Shown: positions 18,048-26,929 of the stretch, piece by piece | Layout: every line of letters begins with the position of its first letter | Position numbering within the stretch: the stretch's first letter is position 1 | DNA from: a virus | Taxonomy: Duplodnaviria > Caudoviricetes | Length of the DNA stretch: 29,115 nt | Reading direction: 5' to 3' (one strand) | IMG/VR virus record: IMGVR_UViG_3300006428_000006 | Location: 1-29,115 of that record | Position numbers and translations under genes: made by a program | The notes under the pieces: generated by a model | Told to the model about the DNA's origin: nothing | Databases searched by the model: none | The model's input: the letters and a program-made list of their open reading frames with translations, nothing else

Positions 18048-19190
18048 ATGGCTGGCGCTTCGGCTGCGGCCTCTATCATAGGGACTGGCGTTTCCGTTGG
18101 GTCCTCGCTTCTCGACACCAGCAAGTCTGATGCTGCTTCGGCAAAGGCCGATGCCGCCCAAAAGCAGGCTGACGCTTCCTTCATCAACGCGCAGCGGGAT
18201 GTGCTTGATGCCGTGCGGATTCAGAACGAATCCGACATGGAAGCCGAATACACCCAATTCACCTATGACCGCGAGGCGCAATGGGTTGAGGCCTGGACTC
18301 CCGTTGAACTGGCTTACGGAAAACTCTTTGCCAATCAGGAAAAGCTTTCTGCCATCCAGGACGCGTCCACTTCCGCAAAGCTGTCCGTTGATCTGGCCCT
18401 GACCCAGGTCGGCAACTTGTTCAAGACCGCCCTGACAGAGGCCGACATTGCCAACGTCACGGCCGAGGCCAAGGCCAAATACACCGAAGCCAAGGGCGAG
18501 GGGCAGGTCAGGGAAATCCAATCGGAACGTGATTTCCAGCTGGGGCAACTCCGCGACGAGGCCGTGCAGCAGCAGGGGGAACTGGCGGCCAAGATCGCGG
18601 CCCAAGGCCGGGAAATGACCGGAAGCGCCCTCGATGTCATGCAGCAGCAAGACGACATCAACGCCAAGAAGGTCTCCTACCTCAAACTGAAGGCTGGTTC
18701 CCAGATATCCGACGTGGACTTTCAGACCGGCTATGACGCGGCCACCACCAGGCAGACCGGTCATATCCAGGCCCAGGAAGTCGTCACCGACGCCATGAAC
18801 AAAGGCGAGTCCCTGCTTCAGGAAGCGCAGATCAAAAACGACGCCTATCAGCAGCAGCTTGATACCAAGCTGAACGCCATTGATACCAAGCTGGAATACA
18901 ACACCCTGGTCACACAGACGGAATCCGAGCGCACCGCCGACCAGTACCGGGAAGCTGGATGGCGCACGGTGTGGAAGCTGGATCAAAGCACCCAGGACAC
19001 AATATGGGGCCTGCAATACGACATCATGGATCAGGTCACCGGGGGTACCAGTTCGGCCAATGCGGCCGAGAAGTATTCCAGCCAGGCGGATTCAACGGAT
19101 TGGGGCTCTCTGGCCAAAGCAGGTTCCAGCCTTATGGGCGGCGTCACCTCGGTCTATAACAGCGGCGTCAAAGCCAAATGGTGGTCATAA
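18048..19190 (+). CDS. Putative internal virion (ejection) protein, gp14-like termini
   Basis: N-terminal MAGASAAASIIGTGVSVGSSL and C-terminal GSLAKAGSSLMGGVTS Gly/Ala/Ser helices around a coiled-coil core. Confidence 0.65.
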   Translation: MAGASAAASIIGTGVSVGSSLLDTSKSDAASAKADAAQKQADASFINAQRDVLDAVRIQNESDMEAEYTQFTYDREAQWVEAWTPVELAYGKLFANQEKLSAIQDASTSAKLSVDLALTQVGNLFKTALTEADIANVTAEAKAKYTEAKGEGQVREIQSERDFQLGQLRDEAVQQQGELAAKIAAQGREMTGSALDVMQQQDDINAKKVSYLKLKAGSQISDVDFQTGYDAATTRQTGHIQAQEVVTDAMNKGESLLQEAQIKNDAYQQQLDTKLNAIDTKLEYNTLVTQTESERTADQYREAGWRTVWKLDQSTQDTIWGLQYDIMDQVTGGTSSANAAEKYSSQADSTDWGSLAKAGSSLMGGVTSVYNSGVKAKWWS

Positions 19191-22100
19191 TGCTTGACGA
19201 GCAGCAGCAGGAAAATTTTTGGGACACCTACCAAACCAAGGCTGAAGACCGGATCATCCGGGACGCCGACCATTCCCTTGTGGATGCCGGGACCGTGCCG
19301 CCGCCGCCTGATCCGTTCCAGACCTGGGCGCAGTCTCCGGAGGGCCAGGCCGTGGCCGCCAAGGTGGAGGAGCAAAAGGCGAAACTTTCCGTCTTTCAGC
19401 AGTCTTTCAACAAGACCGCCGAAGAGCCGGCCATGCCGCAGCCCACAGAGGCCGGGAATATCGACCTCAACAACCGGCCTGTCATCAAGAATGCCGATGG
19501 AACCATTTCCACGGTCCGCTCCATGTCCTTTAACGAAGGGAGCGGGGAAACCCTCATCCCGACCACGGCCGAAGACGGAAGCCGCATTCTTTCCGATGAT
19601 GAGGCCATTCAGCAGTTCCATCAGACGGGCAAACATCTTGGGAAATTTGCCACTCCCGAGGACGCCACGGCCTACGCGCAGCAACTCCACGAGAAGCAGG
19701 CGCAGCAGTACGGTCAAGGTGACGCCGGACAGGCCGACACTCCCGACACATCTGAGGCCCAGGCCGGGAAGGCTCCAGCTCAAACCGCCCCGATTTCATT
19801 TCCTGGTGGCAAGGCCCCTGTCTGGCTCAGAAACAACAACCCGGGCAACATCCGGGCCAGCAGCACCAGCTTTCAAAGCTACGGGACCATGGAAGAGGGC
19901 CTTTCAGCGCAGAAATCCCTTTTGCTGCGTTACCAGGACAAGCATGGCCTGAATACCGTCACCGGAATCGTGAGCCGGTATGCGCCCCCCAGCGAGAATA
20001 AGACGCAGGAATACATAAACACCGTCTCCAAGGACATGGGAGTCAGCCCCGACCAACCGCTTGATCTGCATGACCCGAGCACGCTGTTCGCCTTGCAGAA
20101 AAGCATGGTCAGGGTGGAAACCGGACGAAAAGCCGCCCTGGCCGCTTCAAACGACCAGGAACTTGCCGACGCTTTGAAGGTCCCTGGCTATTCCGGTGGC
20201 TCCAATGGAGCCGGCGGCATCCCAGGATTCGGCCAGCCCCCCATGGTGCAAGCACGAAACCAGAGCACTCCCCTGGAGGCCACGGGAGAATTTTTCTCTG
20301 AGGCCTGGCAGCGCACCAAGGATTACGGCTCCAAGGCCCTGGGCAACACCTACGCCGGCATGGCCGGTTTCTTCCGGACCCTGGATGACCTTTCCAGTGA
20401 CGTCGCCGCAGCCACCGGTACCGACAAGGGAGGCGTGTTCCAGGCGCTTATGGAAGAATCCGACAAGTGGGCCAAGCACTTCCTGGGACAGGTCAAATAC
20501 GACGACTACATGACCAACGTGGTGGGCGGCATTCTGGGGAGCGGGCCGGGCATGATGGAGTTCGCCATGGGTCCGGCCTTCGCCGGCCTCAAGGGCTACA
20601 CCGAAGGCGGCTTGACCACGGCCGCCAAGTCGGTCGCGACCTGGGGAATCATGAAAGGCATCCTGGCCGCGACGAACGCTCTTCCCATGGCCTTGCGCGC
20701 GCCCACGACCGGAGCGGCCTTTTCCGGCCAGGCCTTGGCCGAGGGCGTCACCGACCCCGGGCAACTGGCGGAAGCGTTCGGCGTCGGCATGGGCATGGGC
20801 ATCGCCACGCCGCAGACGCGCACCCCCTGGAATGAGCGCCGTCCGGGCGTCGATTACGATGCCATGAGCGATGCCAACATCATGAACCTGCACCGGGCTT
20901 TGATGAACGGGGAGACGGACCAGGCCACGTATGAGGTGGCCAAGCGCTTGGTCAAGGACATCCCCGGCCTGTCGGATCGGGTGCAGGTCGAGGTTGTGCC
21001 GGCCCTCATGCTGGCCAGCCGGGAACTATCCAGCCAGTACGGCATTTCCGGGGAAGGGAAGATCGTCGGCAGCCACACCCCGAACGTGGAAGTTGAGCCG
21101 GGCGTGTTTCGGGACATGGTGAAGCTCTACGACGGCCACATGCCGGCCGTGGACCTGCTGCACGAGATCGGCGGCCACAACATCGTGGAGCGCCTGCTTC
21201 CCCAGTTCCCCCAGGTCGAACAGGAGTTGCGGCAGACCTGGAAGGACTCTGGAGCCGAGGCCAGGGGCGTCGATTTCGCGGAGTTCACCGCAGATGAGGT
21301 GGCCCGGTCCTATCTCAGCCAGGGATTGTTCATGGGCCAGGGCGAAACCCCTTGGGGGGAATTTGTTGGCGGTGTCAAGAACGTCTTTGACCGGACCTTG
21401 GATCGTCTCGGCGTCCTCCCCGGGAGCCGCGCGCCGCAAAACTTTGACCAGCTGGTGCAGCAGACCTTGCAGGAAGGCCGCACCTTCAAGGGTATCGGTG
21501 CGCCTGGCCCGAGAGAACAGGACCGCGTGCGTCCTGTTTCCGAGCCCAGGGGCTGGGAGGAAATCGGCCGCTGGGGCTTCGGCGACAAGGACGTGCCCTT
21601 CGAGGTCCAGGACAAGCTGCAGTCCATAGAGCCTGACGTCATCGACAATAACCTTCCGCCGCCACTCAAGACCAAGTCCTTGGGCATCAATTACAGCAAG
21701 ATCAACTCGGAAGAGGACATTGCCGGGCTCATCAACAAGGTCGAAACAGCTCTGGCCCCGGACATCGACGCGGCCCGTCGTTACGAACGCAGCCATGACA
21801 CCACGGCCCAGGCCGCATCCGATCTGGGCATGACCGAAGCCGACTTGCTGGCCAGGATGCGCGGAGAGGGCTGGAACGCGGAAAAGACCTACGCGGCCAG
21901 GGTGATCCTCAACGCCTCGGCCGAGGACCTCATGCGCCGGGCCAGGGACATCAAGGGCGGCGACAACTCAGACGCTTCGCTTTTGGCCTTCCGCCGCCGC
22001 ATGGAGGTGCATGCCGCGCTTCAGGCCCACGTCGCCGGTCTTCGCTCCGAGGCCGGCCGCGCCCTTAACCAATGGAAGATGCTTTCCTCCACGCAATTCA

Positions 22101-24091
22101 TCGACCCGGCACTCATGAATCAGCTGACCGGCGAGGACATGGCCAAGCTGACCGACCAGGCCGGCGGCAGGCGGCTCATCGAGGAAGCGGCGAATTCTCT
22201 GGTCGATTCCGCTCAACAGGGGCCTGTCCCCATGCAGCGCCTCAATACCGAGGTACACAATATCCGGCAGCGTACCTTCGGAGATTGGCTTTTGGCGTAC
22301 CGCTACGCCTCCATGCTCTCTTCGCCGAAAACCCACGTGGCAAACACGATGGGCAACATGCTGGTGGCCGGCATGGCCATCCCGGAACGGGCCGTGGCCT
22401 CCCTTCTCGGCAAGGGATTCAAGACAGCCAGGGACGCGACCGGCCTCCCCTGGGGATGGCTCTCGGAAGGTGATGGTGACGTGAATGTCCTGGAGGCCAA
22501 GGCCATGGCTTTTGCCTTGGTGCAGAACCAGACAGACGCCCTCAAGCTGGCCTGGGAGGCCATGAAAACCGGGGAATCAAAGTTCGGCGGCCAGCAGAAA
22601 CAGGACTATGCCCCCATGTTTGGCCAGGGAGCTCCTGGTTGGATCGGCAAGAACATCCCCGAGTCCTGGAACAAGGCCGCGGACGCCATCTGGACGGGGC
22701 TTGGCATCCCTGGCCGCATGCTTGGCGCGGAAGACGAATACTTCAAGTTCCTGAACTATCGCCAGGAACTGACGGCTAGAGCCTTTCGTCAGGCAGCCAT
22801 CGAAGGTCGGCAGGGGGAGGACATCACGGCTCGGGCCAAGGAACTCATGGATGCGCCGTCGCCGGATATGGCCAAGGCCGCCCTGGATTTCGCCCGAGTC
22901 CAGACCTTCACCCAAGACATGGGTTCCACCATGTCGGCGCTGAACCGTTTTCGGAATTCCAACCTCTTCCTCAAGTTACTCATGCCCTTCGTGTCCACAC
23001 CCTATAACATCTTGCAGTACAGCTTGGACCGCACGCCCATCGCCTTCATTAAAAAATCCTTTCTGGATGACTTCCAGGCCGGTGGAGCGAAGCGCGACCT
23101 AGCCCTTGCCCGGGTGGCCCTTGGATCGTCCATCATGGGCTTGGCCGTCATGGCCAATGCGTCCGGGCTCATTACCGGAGACGGCCCCAGCGAACCCAAG
23201 GAGCGGGAGGTCTGGCGGCGCGTCTACCAGCCGAATAGCGTCAAAGTGGGTGATCAGTGGGTGTCTTACGCCCGCACCGAACCGGTGGGCACGCTGTTTT
23301 CCATGGCCGCCAATGCCCGTATGATCATCCAGGAATGGGACCAGGTTGGCCAAGAACGCGACTTGCCCACGCTGTTTACGGCTTTGGCCCTGGCCACGGC
23401 CAAGACTATCACCAGCAAGACCTGGCTACAGGGCGTGGCGGATGCCATGAACGCCGTCACGTTCCCGGAATCCAAAGGCCCTCGGATGCTCCAGGGGTTT
23501 GCTTCCAGCTTTGTTCCGGCTGCCTTGAGCGTCATCAACACGGAGACGGACCCCGAGGTCAAATCCGTCTGGTCATGGGTGGATGCCATGAAATCGCGCA
23601 TCCCTGGCCTGTCCTCCAGCCTGCCGCCCAAGCGCGACATCTGGGGCGACCCCTATCAGATCCACGCGGCCGGCGAGGGCCTGTATTTGGGCTGGCTCTC
23701 CCCTCTCAAGGTCCAGACGGGGGATGTGTCCGACATCGACAAAGAGCTTTTGCGTCTGGAGTGGGGTCCGTCCATCCCGAAGCGCACGCAATCCTTCCAG
23801 GGTGTCCCTCTCGAACTTACCCCCCAGGAGTATGACCGGTTCATCGAGCTTTCCACTCAGGTCATGCGAAATCCCGGCGACGATGGGGTAGGCCGGACCA
23901 TGAAGGCGAACCTGGAGCACATCATCCGGACCGGGGCGTACAAGCAGTTGGATGATGAGCAGAAAAAAATGACTATCCAGCGGGAAATCCAGGTTTACCG
24001 CCAGGCGGCGCAAATCCGTCTCATGAAGGAGAACCCCAGATTGCAGGCCCTGATGACTCTTGGGCTCAGAGAAAAAGGAAGGAACCAGTAA
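19190..24091 (+). CDS. Large internal virion/DNA ejection protein with cell-wall hydrolase-like (NNPGNI) domain and HExxxH motif
   Basis: TAATG coupling at 19188-19192; RNNNPGNIR...RYAPPSENKTQEYI lysozyme-like motif; LLHEIGGH; C-terminal LSSPKTH..N, PFVSTPYNI, SYARTEP segments typical of large podovirus ejection proteins. Confidence 0.8.
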   Translation: MLDEQQQENFWDTYQTKAEDRIIRDADHSLVDAGTVPPPPDPFQTWAQSPEGQAVAAKVEEQKAKLSVFQQSFNKTAEEPAMPQPTEAGNIDLNNRPVIKNADGTISTVRSMSFNEGSGETLIPTTAEDGSRILSDDEAIQQFHQTGKHLGKFATPEDATAYAQQLHEKQAQQYGQGDAGQADTPDTSEAQAGKAPAQTAPISFPGGKAPVWLRNNNPGNIRASSTSFQSYGTMEEGLSAQKSLLLRYQDKHGLNTVTGIVSRYAPPSENKTQEYINTVSKDMGVSPDQPLDLHDPSTLFALQKSMVRVETGRKAALAASNDQELADALKVPGYSGGSNGAGGIPGFGQPPMVQARNQSTPLEATGEFFSEAWQRTKDYGSKALGNTYAGMAGFFRTLDDLSSDVAAATGTDKGGVFQALMEESDKWAKHFLGQVKYDDYMTNVVGGILGSGPGMMEFAMGPAFAGLKGYTEGGLTTAAKSVATWGIMKGILAATNALPMALRAPTTGAAFSGQALAEGVTDPGQLAEAFGVGMGMGIATPQTRTPWNERRPGVDYDAMSDANIMNLHRALMNGETDQATYEVAKRLVKDIPGLSDRVQVEVVPALMLASRELSSQYGISGEGKIVGSHTPNVEVEPGVFRDMVKLYDGHMPAVDLLHEIGGHNIVERLLPQFPQVEQELRQTWKDSGAEARGVDFAEFTADEVARSYLSQGLFMGQGETPWGEFVGGVKNVFDRTLDRLGVLPGSRAPQNFDQLVQQTLQEGRTFKGIGAPGPREQDRVRPVSEPRGWEEIGRWGFGDKDVPFEVQDKLQSIEPDVIDNNLPPPLKTKSLGINYSKINSEEDIAGLINKVETALAPDIDAARRYERSHDTTAQAASDLGMTEADLLARMRGEGWNAEKTYAARVILNASAEDLMRRARDIKGGDNSDASLLAFRRRMEVHAALQAHVAGLRSEAGRALNQWKMLSSTQFIDPALMNQLTGEDMAKLTDQAGGRRLIEEAANSLVDSAQQGPVPMQRLNTEVHNIRQRTFGDWLLAYRYASMLSSPKTHVANTMGNMLVAGMAIPERAVASLLGKGFKTARDATGLPWGWLSEGDGDVNVLEAKAMAFALVQNQTDALKLAWEAMKTGESKFGGQQKQDYAPMFGQGAPGWIGKNIPESWNKAADAIWTGLGIPGRMLGAEDEYFKFLNYRQELTARAFRQAAIEGRQGEDITARAKELMDAPSPDMAKAALDFARVQTFTQDMGSTMSALNRFRNSNLFLKLLMPFVSTPYNILQYSLDRTPIAFIKKSFLDDFQAGGAKRDLALARVALGSSIMGLAVMANASGLITGDGPSEPKEREVWRRVYQPNSVKVGDQWVSYARTEPVGTLFSMAANARMIIQEWDQVGQERDLPTLFTALALATAKTITSKTWLQGVADAMNAVTFPESKGPRMLQGFASSFVPAALSVINTETDPEVKSVWSWVDAMKSRIPGLSSSLPPKRDIWGDPYQIHAAGEGLYLGWLSPLKVQTGDVSDIDKELLRLEWGPSIPKRTQSFQGVPLELTPQEYDRFIELSTQVMRNPGDDGVGRTMKANLEHIIRTGAYKQLDDEQKKMTIQREIQVYRQAAQIRLMKENPRLQALMTLGLREKGRNQ

Positions 24092-25009
24092 ATGACCATC
24101 GAATCCACGACGAACAAGGTCCTGTATTCCGGGACTGGCGGTCAGGTAGCGTTTCCATACACATTTCGCATCTTCGACGCTTCCGACATGGTTGTCATCC
24201 TCTTGGATGCCGAGGGCGTTGAGACCCCGCTTACGCTGAACACGGACTTCGCGGTTTCTGGCGTGGGGGATATCGGGGGAGGGACCGTCACCCTTATCGG
24301 TGATCATGCAGTTTCCGGCAGCAAGGGGCCTCCTCCCATCGGGGAAAAGGTTTTGCTCAAGCGTGTGCTCCAACTCAAGCAGGAAACGGATTACACCGAA
24401 GGAGGATCCTTCCCGGCTGAATCGCATGAAGCCGCCCTGGATCGCCTGGTTTGCATTTCGCAGCAGATACAGGAGCAGCTGGACCGGTCGATTAAGGTCA
24501 CCGAAACGAACACGGACACCCCGATGTCGGCCGAGGACATCCTTGATGCGGTTGGCGACCTGGCAACCGCCACAGCATCCGCGCAGCAGGCTTCCGTGAG
24601 CGCAGCATCAGCAAAGGCTGACGCGGAACAAGCCGCCGCTGACAGGATCGCATGCGATGCCGATGCCGCAGCCACGGACCTGGCCAAAGGGGTGGCCGTG
24701 GCCGCAGCCAGCGCCGCCCAGGGCTACGCCACGTCGGCCGAGGCCAACAGCGCGGCCCCGGCCTGGTCCCCCGCGACCTCCTACAGCTTCCCGGACATCA
24801 CGGCATACACCGATGGCAATACCTACCGGTGCACCGGCACCGACATCGTGGGCGAAGCCCCTGACACCTCGGCCAACTGGGTCAGGCTGACCACGCGCAT
24901 GACGGATTATTTCGACCTGGATGACAGCGGGGACATGATGCCGGCTGTCATCCCCGGTTACAGCGCCGAATTCGACCTGGATGTCAATGGCGACATCCAG
25001 CCCAGATAA
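24092..25009 (+). CDS. Tail fibre/adapter protein with T7 gp17-like N-terminal anchor
   Basis: YSGTGGQVAFPYTFRIF...QETDY...HEAALDRL anchor domain, Ala-rich coil, AWSPATSY...GNTYRC (CBM5/12-like), and twin C-terminal FDLDxxGDxxP motifs. Confidence 0.8.
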   Translation: MTIESTTNKVLYSGTGGQVAFPYTFRIFDASDMVVILLDAEGVETPLTLNTDFAVSGVGDIGGGTVTLIGDHAVSGSKGPPPIGEKVLLKRVLQLKQETDYTEGGSFPAESHEAALDRLVCISQQIQEQLDRSIKVTETNTDTPMSAEDILDAVGDLATATASAQQASVSAASAKADAEQAAADRIACDADAAATDLAKGVAVAAASAAQGYATSAEANSAAPAWSPATSYSFPDITAYTDGNTYRCTGTDIVGEAPDTSANWVRLTTRMTDYFDLDDSGDMMPAVIPGYSAEFDLDVNGDIQPR

Positions 25010-25018
25010 GGAGATACC

Positions 25019-26620
25019 ATGGCGACCAAAAACATTGTCCCCAGGGCAAACGGTGAGGGCGGCATCGGGACCAGCGCCAAGCGATGGCTCAATGCCTTCT
25101 TTCAGAACCTCAACGGGTTGCCCGTGAGTTCCACCGGAGCGGCCACGGAAACGGCCTCAGGCCTGGTGGAACTGTCCACCGTCGAGGAGGCCGTGGCCGG
25201 TTCCGATGTGCTCAGGGCCGTCACCCCGGCCGGGCTGAGTGCTGTCGCCACGATTTGGAAGGGGCCTGTCGTCTCCACCTATGCGACCGCGAGCACTTTT
25301 TTGGTGAGCACGGATGATGCCGCCAAGCTGACCTCGGGCATGCGCGTCAAGGCGGACTGCGGCACTGACGGAATCAAATACGGGCTGGTCTCGGGAATCG
25401 CTGGCCAAACCATCACGCTGACGATGGACACGGGACACACGCTGACGGCCAACCTCGTGCGGGTTTGGTATTCCACCCGCATCCCGAATTCGGCTGACGT
25501 CGGCGCAATCCCCATCTCCGCAAAGGGTGTTCCCAGCGGCGTTGCCCCGTTGGGCACGGACGGGAAGGTCCCGTCAGCCAATCTGCCGACCTCCACCAGC
25601 AATGTCCCGGGAATATTCGCCAGGGATATCCGCTTTGCGGCCAAAACTGTTTCGGTCGCGGCGGACAGATACATAATCCTGAGCCCGAGCAGGATGCTGG
25701 TTGATGTCAACGGCACGTACCTGGTCTTGACCGCGCAGCAGGTCCTGGACCTATCCTTGGCCGCCACATGGGACAGCATCACCACCGATTACACCGTGGC
25801 TTCGGCTCGAGCGGGCAAGGATTTTTACGTCTATGCCTGCATCAACGCCGGTGCGCTGAAGTTGCTGGTTTCCGCCAACGCCACGTACCCAAGCGGGTTT
25901 GATGCCACGACATCCCGTAAGATCGCCGGATTTCACTGCTTATGCGCGGCCGTGGGCACCATCTCCGGACATTCTTTGTCCGGTTACCTGGCCGGGGACA
26001 TCCTCCCCGCGTCGGTGTGGGACCTCAAGCACCGCCCTGTCTGCGCCCCGGAGGGGATGGTCTACGTGGAAGGGCTCGGCAAGTGGGTGGATATCTACTT
26101 GGCCTCCGTTTCCGGCGGCAAGTTCGTTTCTGCTTACAATGCCACCTGTGCTGACGGCACGTCCTCGCCGGCCTTCCATTGGTACAAGTTTAGCCAGTGG
26201 CTCGGCCAGATCGGCAAAAGGATGCCCACCCAAACCGAGTTCGTGGCCGCCAGCCTGGGCAGCAACCAGGGCACCAACATCACCGGATCGGCGGACCCCG
26301 GCACCACGGGCGGAAAATCCGACACGGCCGGCCGACGCATGATCTCGAACGTCGGTTGCGAGGATTGTTGCGGCAACCTTTGGCAATGGGGCGAAGAAGC
26401 CGGTGGCGGCGCGTCCTCGGCGGCTTGGGTCAACGCTTATGATGGCAATGACAGCGGTGTCGCTGGCCAGCACTACCAGGCACCCAACCGTGCGATCTTG
26501 GGCGGCGCTTGGCCTAACGGTGCGGCTTGCGGCTCGCGCGGTTCGTCTTGGAGTAACGGTCCGCTGGGTCTGAATGCGCTTTGCGGTGCGCGCGGGGTCG
26601 CGGAGCCGTTGGCCGCGTAG
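25019..26620 (+). CDS. DGR target: major tropism determinant (Mtd)-like tail receptor-binding protein with C-terminal CLec/FGE-type domain
   Basis: Tail-fibre motifs (ATETASGLVELST, GVAPLGTDGKVP); PEGMVY..WVDIYLAS, KRMPTQTEF, GCEDCCGNLWQW, RAILGGAW...GSR...GARG typical of Mtd-like CLec folds; carries the VR. Confidence 0.9.
   Translation: MATKNIVPRANGEGGIGTSAKRWLNAFFQNLNGLPVSSTGAATETASGLVELSTVEEAVAGSDVLRAVTPAGLSAVATIWKGPVVSTYATASTFLVSTDDAAKLTSGMRVKADCGTDGIKYGLVSGIAGQTITLTMDTGHTLTANLVRVWYSTRIPNSADVGAIPISAKGVPSGVAPLGTDGKVPSANLPTSTSNVPGIFARDIRFAAKTVSVAADRYIILSPSRMLVDVNGTYLVLTAQQVLDLSLAATWDSITTDYTVASARAGKDFYVYACINAGALKLLVSANATYPSGFDATTSRKIAGFHCLCAAVGTISGHSLSGYLAGDILPASVWDLKHRPVCAPEGMVYVEGLGKWVDIYLASVSGGKFVSAYNATCADGTSSPAFHWYKFSQWLGQIGKRMPTQTEFVAASLGSNQGTNITGSADPGTTGGKSDTAGRRMISNVGCEDCCGNLWQWGEEAGGGASSAAWVNAYDGNDSGVAGQHYQAPNRAILGGAWPNGAACGSRGSSWSNGPLGLNALCGARGVAEPLAA
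26489..26605 (+). repeat. DGR variable repeat (VR), 117 nt, including a GC-rich IMH-like 3' end
   Basis: Ungapped alignment to 26673-26789 with 19 mismatches, all opposite TR adenines (11 G, 6 C, 2 T in VR). Confidence 0.96.
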
Positions 26621-26644
26621 CGGTGCTCCGTAACGCGTATCGCG
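26601..26644 (+). promoter_or_regulatory. Hairpin/cruciform candidates downstream of VR (DGR target-recognition element)
   Basis: CCGC-GTA-GCGG (26613-26623) nested in CGGAGC/GCTCCG (26601-26606/26625-26630), then CGCG-TAT-CGCG (26634-26644); absent after TR. Confidence 0.5.
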
Positions 26645-26656
26645 CCGCGAGTATTT

Positions 26657-26920
26657 GGCTGGTGCGTCTCCCCGTGCGATCTTGGGCGGCAATTGGAATA
26701 ACAGTGCGAATTGCGGCTCGCGCAGTTCGAATTGGAATAACAGTCCGCTGAATCTGAATGCGAATTACGGTGCGCACGGGGTCACGGAGACTGGAAGCGG
26801 GCCAACAACTCCAGGCTGGACGCATCAACCCTGTCCGGTAGGCCGGAAGGCCGAAAGGCAAAACACACGACGGAGGGGATGGGGAGTCAGTAGGCGCAAG
26901 CTCGAAAGCTCCCTTTCCCG
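26657..26920 (+). ncRNA. Predicted DGR template RNA (5' leader + TR + structured spacer)
   Basis: 26657-26668 can pair with 26819-26830; hairpins at 26791-26814, 26834-26847, 26850-26859 (GAAA loop) and 26876-26919 (internal GCAA loop). Boundaries are inferred. Confidence 0.65.
26673..26789 (+). repeat. DGR template repeat (TR), 117 nt
   Basis: 28 adenines, all at codon positions 1-2 in the VR frame; 10 AAY codons; lies between target gene and RT. Confidence 0.96.
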
Positions 26921-26929
26921 ATAAACAGC

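Noticed and set aside
8224-19016. Long minus-strand ORFs (693 aa at 8224-10305, 446 aa at 11353-12693, 492 aa at 17538-19016)
   Set aside because: Antisense shadows of well-supported GC-rich genes, with no recognisable motifs.
1-25018. A second VR target elsewhere in the window
   Set aside because: No further copy of the TR-like sequence was spotted by eye at other gene ends; a computational search, including the rest of the genome, is needed to exclude it.
26489-26789. Repeats as a CRISPR array or simple duplication
   Set aside because: Only two copies, no spacers or cas genes, and mismatches are strictly adenine-specific.
26876-26919. Hammerhead ribozyme in the spacer (stem...CGAAA)
   Set aside because: The required CUGANGA core is absent (TCAGTAG instead).
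26655-26924. 89-aa ORF spanning TR and spacer
   Set aside because: It is the TR read in the VR frame (Asn-rich), has a TTG start without an RBS, and the region is better explained as structured template RNA. It is not Avd-like.
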